Source: Tubiluchus corallicola (lineage: Eukaryota; Animalia; Priapulida). From it: DNA of 64,000 bases. Position numbers and translations under genes: made by a program. The DNA lies in contig JAQGDQ010000693.1 in NCBI GenBank assembly GCA_030141605.1, positions 1 through 64,000 on the forward strand, given 5' to 3'. This document shows, in pieces, positions 60,501 through 64,000 of the stretch. Position 1 is the first letter of the stretch, and every line of letters starts with the position of its first letter. The notes below the pieces were generated by a model, which saw only the letters and a program-made list of their open reading frames with translations, was not told the origin of the DNA and did not search any database.

Positions 60501-63419
60501 GTGCATATTCCATGCCATATTGAACGCTGTACGTGATAAAGCCGATCCTGTTACCAGAGAACACCTCGTTCAGAAACATCAACACGTGACTAAGCGCACT
60601 TTTGCTGCCCATGCTCAGGCAGTAGACCATGTGGTTAATTTAGAGTGCATTGCTCGTCAGTGGTCAGAGTTTGAGCAGCAGAGACTGAAGATGAATGACA
60701 CAGTAGCTGACGTATATCAGCAATATAAAGCTGCCAAATCCTGCACTTCTGATCAGGAGTTACTTGCTGCATTGAAGGTTAGAAATCTTTAATTGTATTA
60801 ACTGAGACAACAAATTTTACTAATTAACTGTAAATAGATGGGCCCAGCTGAATTTGCCAAAATTAAAGGTAGCCAAATTAGGCCACAGAACATTCACTAG
60901 CTTCTGGAAATTACCTTTGTAGTATGTTTCTTTGTGGCATGGTTTCATATAATACGTGAAGCAAAATTGCTGCTTAATGATACTTTAGTTTAAAATGCAG
61001 TGGTATTTCTTTACTGCCTGTCATGTGCTGCATAAAACACAAGTTCATTTTTTGAGAGCTTGTCAGTGGCATTGCTAGGGAGGCGGACCGCCCTGGGTGG
61101 CAGTCCTCAGAGGGCAGCACTTTGTAAAGTTCACTGAAAAAATTGATTTTGTTGGAGCAGTAAAATGGCAAAACACTTGACACGATTTAATTTTCCACTA
61201 ATTAAAAATGCCGGTTACAGTGCTTTCTGCCGAAAATTTGTCGCAAAGGAAGAACATAGTTAGTAATGTATTATTTTTATAATGTTCACACTATATTTCT
61301 GTGCAGTACACGTCCTTGAATTAACTGTGAGTTGCATTCATAATCATGCTTTTTCCTGCATTAATGTTATTTTGAAGAAGCCCCTGAGTGGGCCTATCGT
61401 AGTTTTTGATACCCGCAGTGAGAATTTGTTTCTTTACAAGTTATTTTTTACTGTAGTACATTATTATTTTGTCCATTTATCTCCACAACTTATAATAACT
61501 GCAATGCAACACTGCTAAATGTTTCAAATCTACACATTTTAAATCAGAACAATATTGCTATGTTGTACTTCTGCAAACTGAAGTACCGTCCTGCACGCCA
61601 CAAGCTCTAGCTATGCTGCTGGTGCGTAATTTTAGAGTAAAAAAAGATTGCTGATTTTTTCTTGTTATCTAAGGGTTGTCTGTTCCAGGTTTATCTGTTT
61701 ATCATTTTTAGAAAAAAAATTGAGACCATTTCACATGGTAACTTTTCTAAAACTTTGAATCACATTCTAAAGTACTAATTAAGTATAAACTTTGTATACC
61801 TGTATTAAATTCTAATTAAACGTAAACCGGAAATAAGCACAGGAAGTTGAGTTCTTTATCAAATTATACGGACTTATCTCTTCCAAAAGTGAGTGTCATA
61901 TAAACTACCAAATTCACAGGTTATGTTAGTATTTTTAATAATAGGTGCTTTTTGTCCATTTAAGTTACCTAAGACATGTATACAAGTTACTTAGGACTTA
62001 AGTTATGTAACACATGGAGTTTACTAATTTCCCTCTAAATATGTGACATTTTTGAAATTTTACTTTGGCGCATGTCTTAAAATAGCAGCTTTTTCAGATG
62101 CTGAAATGGCAGATAGATCAACACAACAACGAAGTTCTGTCATCTATTGACACAGGAAATGAGCTCACAGGAAAGGTCAATTGTCCACTTTTACAGTCTC
62201 ATGTGTCATCGCTGAGTAATCGGTGGAATCAGATCAGATCTGGTGTTAAACAGGTAAACAGCTAATTCTTTTGGAAACATTTATCAAAATCTTTGTAGCC
62301 AGTTTTAAGAAAACACGCACTTCTGTTGTTTCTGTTTGCTTTTATAGGACTTAGACAAACTGGAAAACATGCTAAGCTTGCAGGCTTCATTCCAGCAAGA
62401 ATTAAGCACTTTCAGTTGGTGGCTTCACAACAAACAGCATGAGCTTTCAGAGATCTCAGACATGCGGCCGGCTGATGTGGCACACGACAATGTCGTGGCA
62501 GCACTTGCTCAATTACTGGTAAGTTAACAAAGATTAGCAAAAAGTGGGGATTCTATTGACTTCATTCAAGCACACTGTTCAGCTGGCTTAAAGAGGATTT
62601 CTTACTGTTTTTTAGTCTTGAGTGCTTTGTTTGTTTGTTTTTTATTATGACGATCTTATTTTTTATTTTGGTGTAGAATTTGAAAACTTATCCAGTTGCT
62701 GTTTGTTAAGCCCAGCCCAATTGAAAACTTGTTGTGCTGTACGGCCTAAACAGCAAAGCTCATTAAGCTGGCGTAAATTGACTACCTTGCTTGATTTAAG
62801 AAAACTACTTGTATACTACATATGTGTGAAAAGAAAGTTTTGCAAAAACATGCATCCATGATACTTCCTTGTAAGTTGATTTTGTATTCATTTTTTAATT
62901 TGTTTTTATGTTCTACAATATTTTTTAGGGGTTGCGGCGTAGTATTGATGTGCAAGAGGAACGAAAAGAGAAGTTGAATTTACTGGGAAATCAGTTGATT
63001 AGTGCGCATCCACATAATGCTGCTGATGTGAGCACGCAAATTACATCTGTAAACAGACAATGGGATGATCTCATTAGAGGTAATTTATTTTTTTTTGGGG
63101 TGGGATTTATTTTATAATTCCATCTAGTAATTTAATCCTTATAATAACTGTGAGAATGTAGCATTCTATTTTAGCTCTCATTTACATGAAGTCGCTTACA
63201 ATTTTGTTATATAATTTCCCTCTAATTGACCTTTTCGTTTAAGGAATACCGTTGACAGAGAAACCATTTGTCAGCTATGAAGTTGATACCTCCACGCCGC
63301 AGGTCACCATGCATCAACTTGCTGACTGGCTGCGTGACGTGTCTAGAACACTGTCTGAAGATCGCATCACGTCACTGGCATCTTATGAGCATCTGCAAAC
63401 AACCTTGAACAAGTATCAA
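359..63419 (+). CDS. SYNE1: Giant nesprin (SYNE1/SYNE2/Msp300-like) gene, internal portion; 62 exons plus 1 duplicated exon, open at both window ends
   Basis: Exons chain in frame with canonical AG/GT sites. Translations show spectrin-repeat helix A Trp (SEWINSAK, FSDWLLAKE, TAWLSKAD, SWWLHNK, ADWLRDV) and helix C W..L motifs. The 59-63.4 kb peptides (..NCPLLQSHVSSLSNRW.., GNQLI..QITSVNRQWDDLIRGIP..) follow the order I recall for vertebrate nesprin-1 distal repeats. SYNE1 vs SYNE2 cannot be separated; probably a pro-orthologue. Needs BLAST confirmation. Confidence 0.85.
1092..1244 (+). CDS. SYNE1: nesprin exon, identical copy 2
   Basis: Identical to 359-511 at +733 offset, including splice sites. 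Confidence 0.7.
1803..1967 (+). CDS. SYNE1: nesprin exon (spectrin repeat)
   Basis: 165 nt, phase 0-0; VLQVKCTQYISDHEKFRDAYKNVSEWINSAKAELKLCDNVTGSK..; absent from the ORF track. Confidence 0.9.
2218..2535 (+). CDS. SYNE1: nesprin exon (spectrin repeat)
   Basis: 318 nt, gctttAG|..|GTaagc; LLATKLPEGENRLSSV..WEQL..WQDYEDIRTSFSDWL. Confidence 0.9.
3137..3292 (+). CDS. SYNE1: nesprin exon
   Basis: 156 nt, phase 0-0; DLKTEWQSKKDDVEKL..RYSSLQETIQ. Confidence 0.85.
3475..4373 (+). mobile_element. Non-autonomous Tc1/mariner-pogo type element (MITE-like), copy 1
   Basis: TA|CAGTAGGCACCGTTTAATAGACTC ... GAGTCTATTAAGCGGCGCCTACTG|TA: 24-bp TIRs with 2 mismatches, TA target duplication, no transposase. 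Confidence 0.85.
4692..4847 (+). CDS. SYNE1: nesprin exon
   Basis: 156 nt, ttgcAG|..|GTgaaa; KQLIQAKAKYDAM..LLVHKQ. Confidence 0.85.
5115..5249 (+). CDS. SYNE1: nesprin exon
   Basis: 135 nt, tttAG|..|GTaagt; ELLEQVNNRRQDLL..QKYDDLIKS. Confidence 0.85.
5509..5685 (+). CDS. SYNE1: nesprin exon
   Basis: 177 nt; LEQRMHEIREAFLNWADYQKLK..EIQQIQ. Confidence 0.85.
5878..6050 (+). CDS. SYNE1: nesprin exon
   Basis: 173 nt, phase 0-2; DVEEELSETGMLF..ATWTDLKNRANSLQQKCE. Confidence 0.85.
6333..6488. mobile_element. Foldback / MITE-like imperfect inverted repeat
   Basis: gaatgcttttgtaagtaa pairs with ttacttacaagggcattc; outer gggcattctccatcaatgc pairs with gctttgatagaatatgccc. Confidence 0.6.
6694..6829 (+). 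CDS. SYNE1: nesprin exon A, cassette 1
   Basis: 136 nt, phase 2-0; CQELTIEFEKLADHIESKWVELEKEV..KIKNLE. Confidence 0.9.
7000..7118 (+). CDS. SYNE1: nesprin exon B, cassette 1
   Basis: 119 nt, phase 0-2; VILDKMQPIQTSLDSLK..VENII. Confidence 0.9.
8568..8775 (+). CDS. SYNE1: nesprin exon C, cassette 1
   Basis: 208 nt, phase 2-0; GLERKYSDL..TRELTWIE..ISDVK. Confidence 0.9.
9054..9203 (+). CDS. SYNE1: nesprin exon D, cassette 1
   Basis: 150 nt; ANKDLVQQKCDKFK..AEPAYQQLQ. Confidence 0.9.
9479..9652 (+). CDS. SYNE1: nesprin exon E, cassette 1
   Basis: 174 nt; DLTDSREQEL..ITAWLSKAD..MEQIE. Confidence 0.9.
9788..9980 (+). CDS. SYNE1: nesprin exon F, cassette 1
   Basis: 193 nt, phase 0-1; AHFSNTDTVNSELDQL..LSKQL. 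Confidence 0.9.
10560..10696 (+). CDS. SYNE1: nesprin exon G, cassette 1
   Basis: 137 nt, phase 1-0; YWKEYQANTVQM..LSANK. Confidence 0.9.
10946..11130 (+). CDS. SYNE1: nesprin exon H, cassette 1
   Basis: 185 nt, phase 0-2; EFTAKVDMQNKLL..ERWMNL..LLQDCT. Confidence 0.9.
11283..11418 (+). CDS. SYNE1: nesprin exon A, cassette 2
   Basis: 136 nt paralogue of 6694-6829. Confidence 0.9.
11518..11723. mobile_element. Foldback / MITE-like insertion unique to cassette 2
   Basis: About 45-nt imperfect TIRs gcattcaggctagagagttttctcccgagagttctgtctgagagt / actctcagagagaactcgagagagaaaattgtcttgtttgagtgc; absent from the equivalent introns of cassettes 1 and 3. Confidence 0.7.
11854..11972 (+). CDS. SYNE1: nesprin exon B, cassette 2
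   Basis: 119 nt paralogue of 7000-7118. Confidence 0.9.
12323..12530 (+). CDS. SYNE1: nesprin exon C, cassette 2
   Basis: 208 nt paralogue of 8568-8775. Confidence 0.9.
12770..12919 (+). CDS. SYNE1: nesprin exon D, cassette 2
   Basis: 150 nt paralogue of 9054-9203. Confidence 0.9.
13154..13327 (+). CDS. SYNE1: nesprin exon E, cassette 2
   Basis: 174 nt paralogue of 9479-9652; weak donor CAG|GTctga. Confidence 0.85.
13471..13663 (+). CDS. SYNE1: nesprin exon F, cassette 2
   Basis: 193 nt paralogue of 9788-9980. Confidence 0.9.
14206..14342 (+). CDS. SYNE1: nesprin exon G, cassette 2
   Basis: 137 nt paralogue of 10560-10696. Confidence 0.9.
14539..14723 (+). CDS. SYNE1: nesprin exon H, cassette 2
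   Basis: 185 nt paralogue of 10946-11130. Confidence 0.9.
14846..15675 (-). mobile_element. Same TA-flanked element family, copy 2, inverted and diverged
   Basis: Right end AGTCTGTTAAGCGGCACCTACTG|TA, degenerate left TIR; internal tttctggaagctaaacatttaatcactt is the exact reverse complement of copy 1 sequence near 4011-4038. Confidence 0.85.
15732..15867 (+). CDS. SYNE1: nesprin exon A, cassette 3
   Basis: 136 nt paralogue. Confidence 0.9.
16065..16183 (+). CDS. SYNE1: nesprin exon B, cassette 3
   Basis: 119 nt paralogue. Confidence 0.9.
16512..16719 (+). CDS. SYNE1: nesprin exon C, cassette 3
   Basis: 208 nt paralogue. Confidence 0.9.
17318..17467 (+). CDS. SYNE1: nesprin exon D, cassette 3
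   Basis: 150 nt paralogue; VSHDLVKQRNNQFK..EPAYQQLL. Confidence 0.9.
17641..17814 (+). CDS. SYNE1: nesprin exon E, cassette 3
   Basis: 174 nt paralogue; ..ITAWLSRADK.. Confidence 0.9.
18181..18373 (+). CDS. SYNE1: nesprin exon F, cassette 3
   Basis: 193 nt paralogue. Confidence 0.9.
18484..18620 (+). CDS. SYNE1: nesprin exon G, cassette 3
   Basis: 137 nt paralogue. Confidence 0.9.
18779..18982 (+). CDS. SYNE1: nesprin exon H, cassette 3 (different 3' half)
   Basis: 204 nt, phase 0-0; EFAAKVDAQDQLL..EQIETWQ. Confidence 0.9.
19341..19435 (+). mobile_element. Possible tRNA-derived SINE head remnant
   Basis: GC-richer island with A-box-like TCGGCCAGAGG and B-box-like GAGTTCGAGAC at tRNA-like spacing; no intact cloverleaf. 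Confidence 0.35.
19747..19869 (+). CDS. SYNE1: nesprin exon
   Basis: 123 nt; LFNEHLASHAKKIDATE..HIAKIE. Confidence 0.8.
20279..20424 (+). CDS. SYNE1: nesprin exon
   Basis: 146 nt, phase 0-2; ELTTDIKANKSDVDVLIKTGEDL..IQYQ. Confidence 0.8.
20990..21392. mobile_element. Degenerate interspersed repeat (Helentron-associated/MITE-like)
   Basis: gtcatgaaacttg and caagtcaaaggtca motifs similar to the 39-kb element; ends in acttgt; boundaries approximate. Confidence 0.3.
21665..21839 (+). CDS. SYNE1: nesprin exon
   Basis: 175 nt, phase 2-0; LESRVKDIYSALVQAL..KLAKHE. Confidence 0.85.
22278..22457 (+). CDS. SYNE1: nesprin exon
   Basis: 180 nt; ALTQRVGSDLSRVE..EERLKK. Confidence 0.85.
23172..23234 (+). 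repeat. GA-rich microsatellite / polypurine tract
   Basis: gagagaaagagagaggggg...agagagagagagagaggggg. Confidence 0.85.
23620..23748 (+). CDS. SYNE1: nesprin exon
   Basis: 129 nt; AQSYLVKFHVTVQEIQIFLEQIE..EEHM. Confidence 0.85.
23899..23965 (+). repeat. Degenerate (GTTAT)n pentanucleotide repeat
   Basis: gttatgttatgtcatgtcatgttatg...ttacgttatg. Confidence 0.8.
24165..24311 (+). CDS. SYNE1: nesprin exon
   Basis: 147 nt; ALCNELGIHKTKLE..LETQLAQ. Confidence 0.85.
24676..24855 (+). CDS. SYNE1: nesprin exon
   Basis: 180 nt; VQQKADEKTPRLDEATHLW..VTDW..SQSE. Confidence 0.85.
25043..25183 (+). CDS. SYNE1: nesprin exon
   Basis: 141 nt; MLMNDSVEVEQKLKL..TMIVE. Confidence 0.85.
25292..26809 (+). 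CDS. SYNE1: nesprin large exon: end of spectrin repeat, then acidic low-complexity region
   Basis: attacAG|..GAG|GTaagt, 1518 nt, phase 0-0, 506 aa, E/D/T/S-rich. Confidence 0.9.
28132..33435 (+). CDS. SYNE1: nesprin giant acidic exon (PEVK-like composition)
   Basis: ttctcAG|..CAG|GTaacg, 5304 nt, phase 0-0, 1768 aa open frame. Confidence 0.88.
32332..32501 (+). repeat. 90-bp (30-aa) coding tandem duplication
   Basis: ETINFIKDQLPEVVDTSDKEESK / ETVNFIKDQMPEVVDTSEKEESK; gagact at 32341 and 32431. Confidence 0.9.
33879..33938 (+). CDS. SYNE1: nesprin small exon (20 aa)
   Basis: Long polypyrimidine tract + tttAG|..GAG|GTgagc; EKFEEVPIRDAEKVDHVEVE; phase 0-0. Confidence 0.7.
34917..34952 (+). 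repeat. (TA)n(TG)n compound microsatellite
   Basis: atatatatatatatatatgtgtgtgtgtgtatgtgt. Confidence 0.9.
35509..37494 (+). CDS. SYNE1: nesprin large exon: basic NLS-like tract plus acidic spacers with short repeated helices
   Basis: tcacAG|..CTG|GTaaat, 1986 nt, phase 0-0, 662 aa. Confidence 0.82.
38330..38371 (+). CDS. SYNE1: nesprin microexon (14 aa)
   Basis: ttgttatAG|..GAG|GTaagt consensus donor; NGTSTTGEVSFEGE; phase 0-0. Confidence 0.65.
38977..39851. mobile_element. Probable Helentron-associated (HINE/DINE-like) non-autonomous element with internal tandem repeats
   Basis: Subterminal inverted pair atccacgtgcg (38982) / cgcttgtggat (39815); internal about 410-bp period (taagggcc..gataggagccaaaatg near 39097 and 39510); ends gtcttgt. 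Confidence 0.5.
40108..49539 (+). CDS. SYNE1: nesprin giant tandem-repeat exon (3144 aa)
   Basis: cttctttctAG|..CAG|GTatca, 9432 nt, phase 0-0; in frame with ORF 40339-49677. Confidence 0.88.
40789..49110 (+). repeat. Coding tandem array, about 18 units of 471 bp (157 aa); three 414-bp and one 468-bp variant
   Basis: Unit markers at 40998, 41469, 41940, 42411, 42882, 43353, 43824, 44238, 44706, 45177, 45591, 46062, 46533, 47004, 47475, 47889, 48360, 48831. Confidence 0.97.
49842..50591 (+). CDS. SYNE1: nesprin acidic exon with about 34-aa repeats
   Basis: 750 nt, phase 0-0; VEDAIETVREEP..GPIEE. Confidence 0.85.
50864..51019 (+). CDS. SYNE1: nesprin exon
   Basis: 156 nt; VRPVYQVHHDVLLHRIIHRVTVTEIWL..QENL. 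Confidence 0.85.
51452..51883 (+). CDS. SYNE1: nesprin exon
   Basis: 432 nt; DLQEAIKAKEKELSNL..VLPSKE. Confidence 0.85.
52084..52239 (+). CDS. SYNE1: nesprin exon (paralogue of 50864-51019)
   Basis: 156 nt; VQDTCRSYHEKLVQRIIHRVAVTEVWV..QENQ. Confidence 0.82.
53240..53434 (+). CDS. SYNE1: nesprin exon
   Basis: 195 nt; ETQQMLVLKQGDMNELFVLY..QLQID. Confidence 0.85.
53978..54922 (+). CDS. SYNE1: nesprin acidic exon
   Basis: 945 nt, phase 0-0; ECKKQEEEEKKKPEETKSGLGGWMQWL..TDETL. Confidence 0.85.
55108..55254 (+). CDS. SYNE1: nesprin exon
   Basis: 147 nt; SVADIALL..QVDSQWEVLHWYLTQQE..PPE. Confidence 0.8.
55296..55325 (+). repeat. (TA)n microsatellite
   Basis: atatatatatatacatatatatatatatat. 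Confidence 0.9.
56160..56441 (+). CDS. SYNE1: nesprin exon (NAGNAG acceptor, start 56160 or 56163)
   Basis: 282 nt; (Q)DMEERQRFFRTY..VIQNE|GTaaga. Confidence 0.8.
56937..57149 (+). CDS. SYNE1: nesprin exon
   Basis: 213 nt; ELIDDIRRAAEEVSIL..EAVIQ. Confidence 0.85.
57527..57634 (+). CDS. SYNE1: nesprin exon
   Basis: 108 nt, CAG|GTaagt; MEVHRLLTLVTTVWEQY..QLPLQ (different frame from track ORF 57490). Confidence 0.78.
59176..59475 (+). CDS. SYNE1: nesprin exon
   Basis: 300 nt; EAEGKLAECEDGV..DLKSQIIANK. Confidence 0.88.
59580..60188. mobile_element. Non-autonomous TIR element (PIF/Harbinger-like ends, family uncertain)
   Basis: Left agccagtgtttca, right tgaaacaccgct; inner aaaaaattcccc / gggaactttt; GC-richer than the flanking intron. 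Confidence 0.5.
60484..60777 (+). CDS. SYNE1: nesprin exon
   Basis: 294 nt; KFFRYLCIFHAIL..LECIARQWSEFE..AALK. Confidence 0.88.
61064..61621. mobile_element. Non-autonomous hAT-like element
   Basis: CAGTGGCATTGCTAG ... CTAGCTATGCTGCTG imperfect TIRs with GC-rich subterminal motifs; 8-bp TSD only partly retained (gagcttgt/gtgcgtaa). Confidence 0.55.
62098..62253 (+). CDS. SYNE1: nesprin exon
   Basis: 156 nt; MLKWQIDQHNNEVLSSIDTGNEL..LSNRWNQIRSGVKQ. Confidence 0.88.
62348..62518 (+). CDS. SYNE1: nesprin exon
   Basis: 171 nt; DLDKLENMLSLQASFQQELSTFSWWL..AQLL. Confidence 0.88.
62929..63079 (+). CDS. SYNE1: nesprin exon
   Basis: 151 nt, phase 0-1; GLRRSIDVQEERKEKLNLLGNQL..RQWDDLIR. Confidence 0.88.
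63244..63419 (+). CDS. SYNE1: nesprin exon
   Basis: 176 nt, phase 1-0, AAG acceptor; IPLTEKP..LADWLRDV..LNKYQ. Confidence 0.82.
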
Positions 63420-63824
63420 GTATGTCTTACAGCTGTGTCAATTTATGAACTCAAATGCTTTGTTGGTTTCTTTGCAGGTGCTGATTTGCTGCACTTACAG
63501 TTTGAATTTTGTTCAGTAATCACAACTTCTGGAAGTGTTAATCAAACTTTCCAGAAGTTCTTAAGCAACCAGCAGTTTAATCTTTGCTACAGTTTTATAG
63601 GAAATGCGTTTTGTCACAAAACAAGGCTGTGAGAAAGGAAAACTAACAAAAATGAATGATCTTGTTATTATTGATAATAAATGCTTAACATCAGCTGTGT
63701 TAAAGAGGCCAATTAAAGCATCATTGCATTCACAGTGCTGTAGATTGCTGAAATTTGTAACTCATTTTGTAAGAAAAAAATTATTTCTATTATTATCTAT
63801 GCAAAAGAAAACATGATATAAATA

Positions 63825-64000
63825 CAGTAGATGTCGCTTAGTAGACTCACTTTGAGAGGGCAGTCTTTTGACCAAATTAACCCGTTCACCGAGGGGTGTT
63901 GTGTTACTAGATGTATGTGTCATCGCTCTTCAAATTAGTATCCACTGCAAAGGCTGAAAAGAGTTTTAAATGTTACGTCGTTATGCTCATCAAAATTAAC
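63825..64000 (+). mobile_element. Same or related element family, copy 3, left end (runs off window)
   Basis: TA|CAGTAGATGTCGCTTAGTAGACTC resembles the TIR; downstream gtatgtgtcatc..cactgcaaagg parallels copy 1. Confidence 0.7.

Noticed and set aside
359-63419. Dystrophin, MACF1/dystonin or spectrin as alternative identity
   Set aside because: Divergent repeats and distal peptides fit nesprin-1/2 better by recall; no plakin, WW, EF-hand or GAR domain seen. Not formally excluded without BLAST.

Overview
Eukaryotic, AT-rich animal DNA (invertebrate chordate/ascidian-like by intron size and composition; this is inference). The whole window lies inside one + strand, intron-rich gene for a giant nesprin (SYNE1/SYNE2/Msp300 family spectrin-repeat protein). 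Neither the N-terminal CH domains nor the C-terminal KASH domain is in the window. I could chain 62 AG..GT exons with consistent phases from 359 to 63419 (about 29.55 kb coding, about 9,850 aa), plus an exact duplicate of the first exon. Layout: (i) spectrin-repeat exons 0.36-25 kb, including a 733-bp perfect tandem duplication and a triplicated 8-exon/434-aa cassette (6.7-19 kb); (ii) an about 6,360-aa acidic non-spectrin insert (25.3-50.6 kb) built only of phase-0 exons (1518, 5304, 60, 1986, 42, 9432, 750 nt), the largest carrying about 18 near-identical 471-bp/157-aa repeats with an AHNAK-like alternating hydrophobic/acidic pattern; (iii) a duplicated [SYAEV-like motif + atypical spectrin repeat] module, a further acidic exon, and spectrin repeats colinear with vertebrate nesprin-1 (59-63.4 kb). 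Introns carry non-autonomous DNA transposons (three copies of one TA-flanked CAGT-ended family, hAT-like and other TIR elements, foldbacks, a probable Helentron-associated element) and microsatellites. Most short ORFs in the supplied track are exon fragments read into introns or antisense shadows. No prokaryotic, CRISPR, rRNA or intact tRNA features were seen.
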